A stretch of 64,000 nt of DNA from an uncultured cyanobacterium (GTDB lineage Bacteria > Cyanobacteriota > Cyanobacteriia > Cyanobacteriales > CAWCAG01): positions 320,001-384,000 of the forward strand of contig CAWCAG010000007.1 in the NCBI GenBank assembly GCA_963793425.1, read 5' to 3'. The position numbers were made by a program, and so were the translations under genes. The notes beneath the pieces are model-generated. The model made no database searches. It had not been told where the DNA came from and was given only the letters and a program-made list of their open reading frames with translations. Positions 20,431 to 31,257 of the stretch are shown here, one piece after another. How positions within the stretch are numbered: position 1 is the first letter of the stretch; each line of letters starts with the position of its first letter.

Positions 20431-20649
20431 ATCTAGTTAATTATTTTGCTCCTGGTATAGTTTCTTTTCAATAGCCACTGGTTTTTAGATAAAGACCATA
20501 GGTCGAGAAACTTGAATTTGATAATTTTAATGCTACTGATCGCCCTGAAAATGCTCTTTGGTAAGAAAAGGAACTAAACAGATTTACTGATTGGAGAGAT
20601 TCTTACCTCGAAAGACCTGAAGACCAGAGGAAGAGTAGTAAGATTTAAT

Positions 20650-20703
20650 AAAAAAGCACATAGTTCAGCCTGTAGCTTTGTCTACGGCTAAACTCCCACT
20701 TTT
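20650..20703 (-). terminator. Extended hairpin followed by a T-run on the minus strand
   Basis: Minus strand reads AGTTTAGCC-GTAG...CTAC-A-GGCTGAACT, then ATGTGCTTTTTT. Confidence 0.5.
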
Positions 20704-21135
20704 CATCAAATACCTCTTCACGGTTTTAGTAATTAAATAATGAAATGGGATTGTTTTCTCTAACAGGAAAAATATTATTGAAAACAAAGCCAAATCAGAT
20801 AATAGGTATGTGGCTACTACGCTTTTGAACCAATAACTACTGAGATTAAGCTAATAATTCGAGCATTTAGGCATTGACAAGCCGATCTCACTAGTTTGTA
20901 GATGCTGATTCTCAACTTCTTGGCTTGATGTTGGAAGATGATGGCATTTGAGCTAAACTCACCTTGACAACATCCGAGCTGTGATTATAGAGAGTAGTTT
21001 TCACTTATAACATTTCTATCGCTCTGAATCCATAGTTATAGGCAGATTTGCTACTAGTGGATGAGATAGCTAAAAGTTGAGAGGATGGATGGAATAGTTA
21101 GATTAAAGCTTATGCACCGCTCTTAAAGTACCAGT

Positions 21136-22328
21136 TTAAGCAATACTACCTCTTTTGCGAGTTTCCTTAGAGGAAATTCCCACATTACGCAAGCCAGCAC
21201 GAATCATTTGTTGTTCTAGTAAAGCAAAAAAACGGGCGCGATCGCCCCCCTGACTACTGCTTGATTGTGAGATTCAGCTAAAGCAACCGGATAACCATAA
21301 CCTTTACTAACTTGAGCCAGCACCAGACTCAAAGATTGGTCAAATAGCTGAGTATCTTCTGCTACCCAAATAGGAACTTCGATACGGGCAATTTCTGTTC
21401 CTACGTTAATGTAACAAAAGCAAATCTTTTGGCTAGCTTCGTATAATTCCAAAATTCGGGAGGAACTACGCCATAAAGGGCCTCTTTGTCCTGGTTCTAA
21501 ATTAACCGAGAGAGTTGTATCCCTTAAAGGCTCAATGATTTGACAAGGTAAAGAGTCTGGCTTACCGCCGCAATTGCTCAGACAATCAGGAGTTTCATAG
21601 GTACAGGCTTGCAGGCGTAGAAAATTTGTTGCTTCGCCGCTACGAGAAGCGCTGAGATAACCTAAAAAAGGAATTTGGGCTTGACGTAGCTCTTCCCAGG
21701 CTCCTAAGAGAGGGGTTAAAAGGAGTTCTTGGGCTTCTGTAGGTAAACCTTCTAAAAACCAATAAACTAGGGAACCATCAACCATCGCAAGGTTAGGAAT
21801 ATGCTGATGTGAACCTGGAGGGTTTACCCAACGACAGGCCATTTCTGCTAAAACTTGAGCTTCAGATACAGTACGGCGATGTCCCATCCACTCGTCAGTG
21901 CGAATGCCCCACTGACGGGAGACATAGAGGTCTTCTCGTTTATAAAATATTTCTGGTAGATTATCTAGTAGAGGATGTAAACTTTGACCATAGTGCAGCA
22001 TCACCCTACCAATATTAATTAAGTAACAATAGGCAATTTCGTGGTGGGAAGGAGAAATTTGCGAACCATCTGTGGCGAAGATACTATGACTTATGGGTGC
22101 TGGTTGAATATCAACACGAGTGTCAAGGGGTTCTAGGGGAACAGCCGCTTTGAAAATGAGGCGATCTTTCCAATCTTTTTGTCTTTCTACTAGCTTTTGT
22201 TGTTGGCTACAAGCTTGTTGTAATAGTACCTGCGCTCTTTCCCAGCGTTGGCGACTAGCGGTTGCTTCTCCCCGCAGATGTTGGCTAATGCTGGGGAGTT
22301 GTCCTGCAAGTTTGGCGAGATCGAGCAT
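21136..22328 (-). CDS. nurA: NurA-family nuclease with an apparent 1-nt frameshift near the 3' end
   Basis: ATDGSQI, MVDGSL, EIARIEVP and GYGYPVALAESH; adding one G at 21245-21250 restores RGGDRARFFALLEQQMIRAGLRNVGISSKETRKRGSIA*. Confidence 0.85.
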
Positions 22329-22357
22329 AGGGCAGTTTGACTTTAAACGGTAAATAG

Positions 22358-22888
22358 CTAAAAGCGAATCAAACTCTCACTTTTATCAGACTTAAGATAC
22401 TCTGTATTAACTCTAGATTCTCTAACTAGGGAAATTTTACCAGTGCGAGCAATTTCGCGAATGCCAAATTTACCTAACATTTGGACAATAGCAACCATTT
22501 TACCGGGATCTCCAACTACTTCTACTGTTAAAGTATCTTCAGAAGTGTCTACTACCCTGGCCCGAAAAATGTTAGCAATTTCAATAACTTCAGAACGGTT
22601 AGAAGTAGTGGCATTTACCTTGATTAGCATTAATTCTCTCTCTACACAAGGAACTTCCGTTACATCTTGAACTTTTAGTACATGAATGAGCTTATAAAGC
22701 TGTTTGATTAATTGCTCAATGCTGCGGTCATCTCCGGGGACTAACATGGTGATGCGGGAAATACCAGATTTTTCGGCTGGCCCTACAGCTAAACTTTCGA
22801 TATTGAAGCCTCGGCGAGCAAATAATCCAGCAATGCGGGTCAAAACTCCTGCTTCATCTTCAACTAATACGGAAATGGTATGCTTCAT
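22358..22888 (-). CDS. ilvN: Acetolactate synthase small subunit
   Basis: [40 protein letters not shown] and EIARTG. Confidence 0.96.
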   Translation of the reverse strand: MKHTISVLVEDEAGVLTRIAGLFARRGFNIESLAVGPAEKSGISRITMLVPGDDRSIEQLIKQLYKLIHVLKVQDVTEVPCVERELMLIKVNATTSNRSEVIEIANIFRARVVDTSEDTLTVEVVGDPGKMVAIVQMLGKFGIREIARTGKISLVRESRVNTEYLKSDKSESLIRF

Positions 22889-23050
22889 TATCTCTCCCTT
22901 GGTAGATGCAAAGTAAGAATTTAGTTGCTATGTTGTCCAAATTTAAGACCAATGACTTGATGGTTAATCTCTTCCTTGGTAGGTTACTTAACCGTCAATA
23001 TATTCTCATAATATAGATGATTAACTTTCAACTTTAGGAGTCAATTTGTT

Positions 23051-23416
23051 ATGGGTTGGTTAAAAAGAATTTTTGGTAAGGAAAAGAAATCTTCTCCAGC
23101 TAAAACTAAGAGTCAAAGTTCCGCTAGTTTTTCTGCACCTGCTAGCAGTAGCAAATCTAGTTCTAGTATTCCTCCAGAGAAAGTCGGTTTAGATGGAGAG
23201 TTTGATGAAAGTGGTTTGGCAAAAAGGGTCGCTTTAGCTTTTGATGAAGATGCACAATTAGATGATGTTGAAACCCTCTGGGTAGCTCAGCTTGGTAGTC
23301 AGGTGGTTTTGAAAGGAACAGCTCCTAGCCAGGATATTTTAGATAAAATGGTTTCTGTGGCTAAAAAAGTTGATGGAGCGGACAGCGTTTCTACTGAGCA
23401 AGTTACAGTAAGTTAA
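23051..23416 (+). CDS. BON-domain (phospholipid-binding) protein
   Basis: MGWLKRIFG amphipathic N-terminus; GLDGEFDESGLAKRVALAFD...VVLKG. Confidence 0.8.
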   Translation: MGWLKRIFGKEKKSSPAKTKSQSSASFSAPASSSKSSSSIPPEKVGLDGEFDESGLAKRVALAFDEDAQLDDVETLWVAQLGSQVVLKGTAPSQDILDKMVSVAKKVDGADSVSTEQVTVS

Positions 23417-23466
23417 GGGAATAGGGGCGGTTTTTGGTAAAGCTATGTTGCTGGCCAAAATTTCAA

Positions 23467-24390
23467 TCAACCCGCCCCCAAATCTCCAGGAAAATGTTTT
23501 TCCAACCAAGCTAACAATAAACCATTAAATCTTTCCGGACATTCGTCATGGAGGCAATGTCCTGCTTTATCCAACTCCACTAGCTCTATTTTGGGATTGA
23601 GTTCAGCTAGGGGGGCCGCTAAGGCAAAAGGAACCATACGATCTTCTGTTCCCCAGAGAAGAAGTATAGGTACTGTTAAATTAGGTAAAATAGTTTGGGC
23701 AGAAGGCGCAAAGTCAAGAGCGCTAGCACCTCGAAACAAACTGGCAAAAGTCTTGTCTGCATCTTCATCAAGAGCAGGAGCAGTTAAGATCCCCACTAAT
23801 TCTTCGGTAATAGCACTTGGTTGGGTATAAGCTACTTTAGCCCAAACACTAATGACTTTAGGCTGTCTTACTACCTTAAAAATCATCTTTAATAAAGGGG
23901 GAAAGGCAATAAGGCTTTTGGTTTTGGCTTCTAAAGATTTAACCCACCTAGGTAGATTTTTTTGTAGCAGGGAAGTATCTGGCACACTGATCATTGCTAT
24001 ACCTGCAACCATGTCTGGGTGAGCAGCAGCAGCAGCAAAACAGACTAAAGAGCCGAGAGAATTTCCCACCAAAACCACAGGACGCTGAATAAAAGTTTGC
24101 CAGAAATCGTAAACCTGCTCAACCCAAAGGGCAATACTATAATCTGTATGAGCTTTTTTTGAGCCACCGAAGCCTAATAAATCTAAAGCATAAACATTAT
24201 GTTCTTTGCCTAAAATTGGTAGATTAGAGCGCCAATGCTCAATGGATGCGCCGAAACCATGTAGTAGAATAAGTGGCGTTTTCGATTGCTGAGCAAAAGC
24301 GAGGGGCCGTACAAAACTGTAGCGAGTTTGCCAACCTCGCCATACCCAGTCTCTTTGGTTTCCTATACGCTGTTGCCAATTGATTGACAT
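23467..24390 (-). CDS. Alpha/beta-fold hydrolase
   Basis: LLHGFGAS, GNSLG nucleophile elbow, WGTED and GHCLHDE. Confidence 0.92.
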   Translation of the reverse strand: MSINWQQRIGNQRDWVWRGWQTRYSFVRPLAFAQQSKTPLILLHGFGASIEHWRSNLPILGKEHNVYALDLLGFGGSKKAHTDYSIALWVEQVYDFWQTFIQRPVVLVGNSLGSLVCFAAAAAHPDMVAGIAMISVPDTSLLQKNLPRWVKSLEAKTKSLIAFPPLLKMIFKVVRQPKVISVWAKVAYTQPSAITEELVGILTAPALDEDADKTFASLFRGASALDFAPSAQTILPNLTVPILLLWGTEDRMVPFALAAPLAELNPKIELVELDKAGHCLHDECPERFNGLLLAWLEKHFPGDLGAG

Positions 24391-24642
24391 GGTGAGACGA
24401 TCAAGTTAACTTTAAAAAGTTTTACAACATTATTGTAATCAATGGCAATTTTTTAAGTTATGGGTTAGAAGGTTGGTAAGGATAAAATTAAACTTGTGGT
24501 TCCTATGAATTAGACAAATTTAGAACATAAGTTAACAATCTCAACAGAATTTTCTTAAAAGTCAGTAAAATGGCCAATACATTCAGTCTGACTTTCCTAG
24601 TCAATTACTAAAAAACACTATTAATTTAAGCAGATTAAAAAT

Positions 24643-25176
24643 ACGCCTGTGAAAGACAGAAGACGCAATCGCGATCTACCCCAAATTAACGAAAGGATTC
24701 GTTTTCCAACAATCCGTGTCATTGATAACGAACGCAACCAGCTAGGAATTCTTTCACCAGAAGAAGCTTTGAATATAGCTGAAGAAAGAGGGCTGGATCT
24801 TGTCTTAGTCAGTGAAACCGCAGATCCTCCTGTTTGCCGCATTATGGATTACGGCAAATACAAATTTGAGCAGGACAAAAAAAAGAAAGACGCAAAGAAA
24901 AAACAGCATACTGCTGATGTTAAAGAAGTTAAGATGCGCTACAAAATTGAAGAACACGATTACAACGTACGTGTTAATCAAGCAGAACGCTTTTTAAAGT
25001 CGGGAGATAAGGTGAAAGCGACTATTACTTTCCGAGGTAGAGAAATTCAGCATTCAGATTTAGCCGAAGCTTTACTTAAGCGTATGGCTGATGACCTCAC
25101 TGAATTGGCGGAGGTTCAGCAAGCGCCGAAAAGAGAGGGACGCAATATGATGATGCTTCTTTCTCCTAAGAAGTAA
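24643..25176 (+). CDS. infC: Translation initiation factor IF-3 (start is ACG 24643 or GTG 24649)
   Basis: [29 protein letters not shown] and FRGRE. Confidence 0.95.
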   Translation, partial: TPVKDRRRNRDLPQINERIRFPTIRVIDNERNQLGILSPEEALNIAEERGLDLVLVSETADPPVCRIMDYGKYKFEQDKKKKDAKKKQHTADVKEVKMRYKIEEHDYNVRVNQAERFLKSGDKVKATITFRGREIQHSDLAEALLKRMADDLTELAEVQQAPKREGRNMMMLLSPKK

Positions 25177-25206
25177 GTCTCTGGCATTTACTTGAAATAA
25201 CTGGGT

Positions 25207-25237
25207 AGGTTAGCATGACATTGAGCTGTGCTAACCT
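25207..25237 (+). terminator. Hairpin after infC
   Basis: AGGTTAGCA...TGCTAACCT. Confidence 0.55.
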
Positions 25238-25416
25238 TATATATTCTCAAACAATTGCTAGGACTATTTGCCCCTTGCTCTAGGCAGATGACAAATGAAA
25301 GGTAATTTCCTTAAAACTAGTTATGCCTTCTATCATCCTTAATAGCAAGGCATAATTGTTGCTTTTATAGCAGTTTTTCAGGAGGTTGACTATTTTATGA
25401 GTCCTCCTATAACTAA

Positions 25417-28400
25417 ATGACGAATGACAGCATCTCAATGAAACTGCAAACTCGCTCTCGTACTAAGGGCGATTGGAAAAGAAAAGTTCTTCAGGGTTTA
25501 AATCTTCGTCCCGAAGAGGGAGAACGAACTCTTTTTATGTTCGTTTTCTATACTGCTACTTCCATCGGGTTAATTTGGTTAGAGCAAGTAACCGTTGCCA
25601 TATTTTTGGCGGAATTTGGCGTTGAGTTATTACCGGTAATTTATATCGCTAGTGCCTTGATGGGTTCTGCTTTGGGTTTTTCTTATTCTTTACTGGAAAA
25701 ATTTCTACCTGTACGCAAAGTCTTACTAACGGTTTCTTTGGTCATGGCTTTACCGTTAGTCTTGTTTCGGGTTGGTTTAGAGCTTCAGTATTTTAATGGC
25801 ATTATTGCTTTAGGAACAGCGTTTGCTTTGCGACTATGGATGGATGCGGAGGATATTCTTAATGACCTCAATGCTCAAGTTGCAGCTAACCAAATTTTTA
25901 ATATTCGAGAAATCAAGCGTACCTATCCTTTGGTGGCTAGTGGGCTTTTAGTTGGAGATGTGGTTGCTGGTTTCTCTTTGCCGCTACTGTTAGTCTTTAT
26001 GCAAACTAAGGATGTAATTATTCTCGCTTCTATTGTCATGTTAGTAGGAGCAGGAACTCTTTATTTCCTTACCAAACGCTACAAGCAATCTTTCCCTGAC
26101 ACTCCAACTAGAGATTTAGACGAACTGCAAAAAGAATATGCTAGTAGCAGTATTAGCGCTTCTTTAAGGAAGTATATTGTTCCCCTCTTTGCTTTTTTTA
26201 TCTTGGGGGAAATTCTTTTTCTACTAGTAGAATTTCAGTATCTGGGGGAAATAGAAAGAGTCCTCACTGAAGAACAAATCGCTGGGTTTTTAGGCTTGTT
26301 TAGCGGTGTGTTGGGGATCTTTGAACTACTAACTCAGTTATTTATCTCCAGTCGCGCGGTGGAGCGTTTGGGGGTATTTGTGGCAGCAATGTTCCTACCT
26401 GTATCCCTCTCAATTCTAGGTTTGATCACCCTAATATTTGATGCCAACGTTGGTGCGAATGTTTTCAATAACATGGAGATTCTGTTTGTGGGGGTAATCG
26501 TTTTAAAGTTCTTTGACGAACTACTACGTTATACCCTCATTGCTGGCATTGAACCTGCTTTATTTCAACCTATACCAGAAAGAATTCGCGGTTCTATTCA
26601 AACGCGGGTACAGGGTATCGCTGAACCTCTATCTACCGGAGTGACTGGTTTAGGCATTTTAGGGGTAGTCTGGTTCGTTAACCACAAATTTGGGGAACTC
26701 TCAGAAACTGCAGCGCGACAGGTTCAAGGAGGTATATTTATTGGGGCAATTGTGGTTTTCTCCATTATTTGGGCTATAAGCGCTTGGCTGCTTCGTTCTA
26801 GTTATGTCAGTCTGTTAGTACAGAGCGCTGAACAAGGGCGTTTAGGTTTTTTGAGTGTAGACTTAAAAGCCTTTAAAAAAGCGATCTTAGAAGCCCTGCA
26901 AGAGAAAGAAGCAGAAGCAGATAAACTCTCTTGTATTCAATTATTAGAAAGGATTGATCCTCCAGGAGTTGGAGAGGTTTTGGCTCCTTTATTAGTAAAT
27001 TTATCCCCTGCCCTTCAGCGAGAAAGCTTAGGGGCAATGGTGAAATATCCTGACCAAGAGTTGCGCCCTTACGTTCAAAAAATTGTCGAACAGAAACCAA
27101 ATTTGGATGTTTTGGCCTTAGCTTTGCGGTATATGTGGCTATCTCAACCAGATTTAGATACTAATACCTTAATACCCTACTTAAACGAAAAAGTAGACCC
27201 GATTGTCAGGGGGACTGCGGCTAGTTTGATTTTGCGCCGAGGCAATCCTTATGAAAAGTCAGAAGCTACCAATACTTTAGAAAGAATGCTTTCTTCTAAA
27301 CGGGAACGGGAAAGAGCCATTGGTATTAAAGCTTTGCAAGAAGTGGATTATATGCCGCTCTTCGCGAAACGTTACTTAAGCGAACTTTTACAAGATGAAT
27401 CGGCTAGGGTTCGTTGTGCTTTATTAGAAATGATTGGAGTGAAGCATTTAGAGACATATTACCCTTCTTTGGTAAAAGGACTTTATTATCGTTCCACTCG
27501 CGAAGCAGCTAGAAATGCCTTAGTTTACCTTGGAGATGATGGTATTCAAATTTTCGCAGACTTAACCGAAGATATTCGTAAGCCGGATATGGTTAGGTTA
27601 CAGGGCTGGAATGCCCTAGCACAAATTGCCACCCCCAAAGCATTAACTCAATTAGTACAGCAGCTAATGAGTAACTGGGGGGGCAACCGTCGCAGTATTT
27701 TACGAATCTTACTAAAAATTCCCGGCGATCTCGGTATTGAAGCAGTCCTCGAACAGTTGGGGCGCAGCGGGGTAGAGACAATGATTGAGCAGGAATTACT
27801 TCTACTGGGACAAGTTTACTCTGCTTCTATTGATTTCGATTCAGAATTAGTTGTCGGCAGAGAAGCAAATTTGTTAAGGTCTGCCCTTAAGGATTTACAG
27901 TCAGATATTATGGATCGCTGTTTTCTGTTGATGAAGTTGCTTTATCCTGCCAGTGCCATTCAAGCAGCGATGTTTAATCTTAATTCTGATTCCCAGGCTA
28001 ATATTGCTTTGGGGTTAGAGATTTTGGATAATACCCTCGACCTACCTACCAAAGGGGTTTTCTTGGAACTGTTGGATCGCGGCACTACAGAAAGCAAACT
28101 TATTGCTTTAGAATCTTTACTCGATTATCAACCCATGAAACCCCCAGATCGCTTGCGTCACTTGGTGGAGTTTCGTCATTTTCTCTCTGATTGGTCTTTA
28201 GCTTGTTGTTTTTATTTAGCTCGTCAGGCACACTGGAGTATAAGCAAGGAAGCAACCTTAGTTTGCCTAGGCCATCCTAGTGCCTTTGTCCGAGAAGCTG
28301 TACTCGTTTACCTGCGCGAAGCTAGTCCTCGTACTTGTAGCGAATTACTATCGGTATTAAAAAATGATCCTAATCCTCTGGTTGCAGCTCAAGTGCAGCA

Positions 28401-28443
28401 GATTATTGGGGAAATGGGGCATCCTACAGCTTACAAAACTTAA
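25417..28443 (+). CDS. MFS/Npt1-like membrane domain fused to HEAT repeats
   Basis: About 12 TM segments with FNIREIKRTYP; C-terminal HEAT-like repeats (DPIVRGTAA, DESARVR, HPSAFVREA, DPNPLV). Confidence 0.82.
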   Translation: MTNDSISMKLQTRSRTKGDWKRKVLQGLNLRPEEGERTLFMFVFYTATSIGLIWLEQVTVAIFLAEFGVELLPVIYIASALMGSALGFSYSLLEKFLPVRKVLLTVSLVMALPLVLFRVGLELQYFNGIIALGTAFALRLWMDAEDILNDLNAQVAANQIFNIREIKRTYPLVASGLLVGDVVAGFSLPLLLVFMQTKDVIILASIVMLVGAGTLYFLTKRYKQSFPDTPTRDLDELQKEYASSSISASLRKYIVPLFAFFILGEILFLLVEFQYLGEIERVLTEEQIAGFLGLFSGVLGIFELLTQLFISSRAVERLGVFVAAMFLPVSLSILGLITLIFDANVGANVFNNMEILFVGVIVLKFFDELLRYTLIAGIEPALFQPIPERIRGSIQTRVQGIAEPLSTGVTGLGILGVVWFVNHKFGELSETAARQVQGGIFIGAIVVFSIIWAISAWLLRSSYVSLLVQSAEQGRLGFLSVDLKAFKKAILEALQEKEAEADKLSCIQLLERIDPPGVGEVLAPLLVNLSPALQRESLGAMVKYPDQELRPYVQKIVEQKPNLDVLALALRYMWLSQPDLDTNTLIPYLNEKVDPIVRGTAASLILRRGNPYEKSEATNTLERMLSSKRERERAIGIKALQEVDYMPLFAKRYLSELLQDESARVRCALLEMIGVKHLETYYPSLVKGLYYRSTREAARNALVYLGDDGIQIFADLTEDIRKPDMVRLQGWNALAQIATPKALTQLVQQLMSNWGGNRRSILRILLKIPGDLGIEAVLEQLGRSGVETMIEQELLLLGQVYSASIDFDSELVVGREANLLRSALKDLQSDIMDRCFLLMKLLYPASAIQAAMFNLNSDSQANIALGLEILDNTLDLPTKGVFLELLDRGTTESKLIALESLLDYQPMKPPDRLRHLVEFRHFLSDWSLACCFYLARQAHWSISKEATLVCLGHPSAFVREAVLVYLREASPRTCSELLSVLKNDPNPLVAAQVQQIIGEMGHPTAYKT

Positions 28444-28530
28444 GGCTGTTGATTGTATTTCAGGAAGTAGTTGAGTGATGTTTTTAATGTCTCTACAGCC
28501 CGTCATAGCAGAACTAATAACTAAACAAAA

Positions 28531-28974
28531 ATGTTAAGCAGTTTTGAACGCTTATTGTTTATCAGGCGCGTCTCCATTTTTCAGGAACTTCGGGATGAGT
28601 TTTTGGTTAAGTTAGCGTCAGCAATGGATGAGTTATCTTTTCCCTCTCAACACAACATTTTTCAACAAGGAGAGGAAGGACGTTCTCTTTATATTGTCGT
28701 TTCTGGGAGCGTAAAAGTTCACATTGGTGAAAGAGATTTAGCTCAGTTGGAAGAAGGAGCTATTTTTGGGGAGATGTCTTTGTTTGATGCTGAACCTCGT
28801 TCTGCTTCGGTGACAACTTTGAAACCATCAGAGTGTTTGACATTGAATCAATTACAACTCATTGATGCGATCGAAGAAACTCCAGAGATTGCTGTGAATA
28901 TAACTCGTTCTCTTTCCCGTCGTGTGCGGGATTTGAATGCCAAGTTGAATGCCGTTACCGCTGGTGGGACATAA
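28531..28974 (+). CDS. Stand-alone cyclic-nucleotide-binding domain protein
   Basis: IFQQGEEGRSLYIVVSG and intact phosphate-binding cassette FGEMSLFDAEPRSAS; no HTH. Confidence 0.9.
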   Translation: MLSSFERLLFIRRVSIFQELRDEFLVKLASAMDELSFPSQHNIFQQGEEGRSLYIVVSGSVKVHIGERDLAQLEEGAIFGEMSLFDAEPRSASVTTLKPSECLTLNQLQLIDAIEETPEIAVNITRSLSRRVRDLNAKLNAVTAGGT

Positions 28975-29698
28975 CCTTTTATAGAGCAAATACTCTGTTA
29001 GGTTGATTTTTTAAGGAAGTTTGACACAGAGCTTAGGTAAATTGGTTCGATGTCTGAATGCGGCGGAAAACAATGGATTACTCGTAAGATGACATTTTGT
29101 CAATAGCTGATTGAATTGTTAACAAAAAAGAAAGATTTGTATTATTAACTGTAGTATCTTCAAATTCTTTGTTCTAAGCTGTTTGATTTAAAGAAAAATT
29201 CGGTATGGTAGGGGTTGTACTCGGTTGAATATTTTTTTAAGCAAGGCAAAGGCAACATATCATTTTTTCTAAGCTATTGCTAATTCTATTACAAAAATGA
29301 GGGCTTTAAACAGCTTATTAACTCGTTGTTAATATATCTTCATGACGATAGTCAGAAAGTGCTTAGGTTTTAATAATCTAATGATTAGATGTTTCTAAAA
29401 TAATTTTACTTATGAATCCTTACTTTACTCGCAATCCTTATTCTCATAACAGCTTATCTATCCAAATTTGTTCTTTTGGTTTTAATGGAGGAATAGGTTC
29501 AAGATTATAGTCGAGGACAGAATCTAATCTGGAACGCTGATAGATTCCTAATCATAAACCTTGATAAGTTCAAGAGGAGTTCGGTATCTCCTGAACTGAT
29601 AAGAATTTTTTGTTGGATGCACGGGTCAATTATAATAATTATTCGAGTTGTTAGCTTTTGCTCAAACTCTTTACACTGCCCCTTATTTGATAAAGATT

Positions 29699-30001
29699 AT
29701 GCAAACTTACTATTACGCTTTAGCTAGTCAAAAATTTCTGCTTGAAGAAGAACCTTTTGAAGAAGTTCTCCAGGAACGTACTCGTAACTATCAAGAAAAT
29801 AATAAAGAAATTGATTTCTGGTTAATGAAAGAACCTGATTTCCTCAATTCTCCAGAATTTGCTGAGATTAAAGCTAAATGCCCTCAACCTTCTGTAGCCG
29901 TAGTCTCTACTAATAAGCAGTTTATTACTTGGTTAAAGCTACGTCTGGAATACGTTATGACAGGAGAGTTTCAAGGATCTTCGATTTTGACCCATCAGTA
30001 A
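29699..30001 (+). CDS. ycf54: Ycf54, Mg-protoporphyrin monomethyl ester cyclase accessory protein
   Basis: YYYALASQKFLLEEEP, KEIDFWL and FITWLKLRLEYV; start ATG 29699. Confidence 0.93.
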   Translation: MQTYYYALASQKFLLEEEPFEEVLQERTRNYQENNKEIDFWLMKEPDFLNSPEFAEIKAKCPQPSVAVVSTNKQFITWLKLRLEYVMTGEFQGSSILTHQ

Positions 30002-30060
30002 TCGTTTTTTTACCGAAAAAGAGGTAAGGATAAATAAAGGAGCGATTCCAGGAGTAATTA

Positions 30061-31005
30061 ATGCAACAACTACCGAGTTTCTCTCTGGTTTTGGAAACTG
30101 AAAACTTAGCTAATGCCAACATTGAGGACTTATCTAAATCTTTGGTTTCTTTGGTTAAGCAAAGTATTTCTCCCACTCAAGCTAATGAAGTTTTACTTTT
30201 GGAAAGCGGTGATGTTCAACCGCAACTACTAAAGCAGCTTTGTGCAAAATATCCTTGGATTACTGTCAAATCAGCACCATTGGGAACCAGCTACTACAAA
30301 GCAAAAATGCTAGGAGCAGAATTAGCCACAGGAGAGATTTTAATTTACTGTGACTCAGACTGTATTTATGAAAAGAATTGGTTAGAAATAATCCTCACAA
30401 CTTTTAAGCCAAAACAAGCAATTCAAATAGTAGCAGGAGAAACCACTACCAGGGGAAAAGGGCCTTACGGTACAGCAATGGCTTTAACTTATATTTTTCC
30501 TCAATACTCCGAACAAAAAAACCTAACTTCAACTAAGCAATATTTTCTCAACAACGTTGCTTTTAAGAGAGAATTTCTTCTCCAACATCCTATCCCTACA
30601 GAACTTCCTCTCTATCGCGGTAACTGCGTTATCCACGCTTATAATTTACTTGATGCTGGTTATACCATTTGGCAACAACCCCAAGCCAGAGCAACCCACG
30701 CCCCTCCAGAAGGATTATCTCACTTCTTCTGGCGTTTCCTCTTAATTGGCCATGATTATTATTGGCAAAAATCCTTACTATCCCCTCGTCAAATCTCCTT
30801 GTCTCAAGATGATCCTATGTCAGGAGTTGGGGGTAAATGGCAGGTTTTTTACCAACGAGTAGGAAAAATGTTTATACGCAAACCTCTACATTTGCTCTAT
30901 TTTCCCTTAGCTTTACCAATCATTTTTGTTTCAGTAGGATTAATTTTTACTGGTTATGTAATTACAACTATTAAACCAGAACTTTTGCTGAGAGTTTATG
31001 ATTAG
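30061..31005 (+). CDS. Family 2 glycosyltransferase with a C-terminal membrane anchor
   Basis: FSLVL..., GAELATGEILIYCDSDC (DxD) and NNVAFKRE. Confidence 0.85.
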   Translation: MQQLPSFSLVLETENLANANIEDLSKSLVSLVKQSISPTQANEVLLLESGDVQPQLLKQLCAKYPWITVKSAPLGTSYYKAKMLGAELATGEILIYCDSDCIYEKNWLEIILTTFKPKQAIQIVAGETTTRGKGPYGTAMALTYIFPQYSEQKNLTSTKQYFLNNVAFKREFLLQHPIPTELPLYRGNCVIHAYNLLDAGYTIWQQPQARATHAPPEGLSHFFWRFLLIGHDYYWQKSLLSPRQISLSQDDPMSGVGGKWQVFYQRVGKMFIRKPLHLLYFPLALPIIFVSVGLIFTGYVITTIKPELLLRVYD

Positions 31006-31257
31006 TGTTTAAGCTCATAGAATTTAATTTAAGAAATTTGCTCGACTTATTCTATTAACTGTTTTAGGGTAGGATAATTGGAGAAATTAATAAATTACTC
31101 AGTGTTATTTTATCTATTAAAGCTAAGTTAAGTGATATTTTTTTTGCTACTTTCCTTTAACATTTTCGGTAAGCAGACAGAGTATTGCACTTTTTAGGCT
31201 TGATAAGTCCTCCTGCATATTTAGTCTATAAAGTGCATTTTAGGGGGGTATCTATGT

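Noticed and set aside
28975..29698. Hidden gene or ncRNA in the 720-nt AT-rich gap before ycf54
   Set aside because: No convincing ORF with an SD and only one weak hairpin (~29567-29598).
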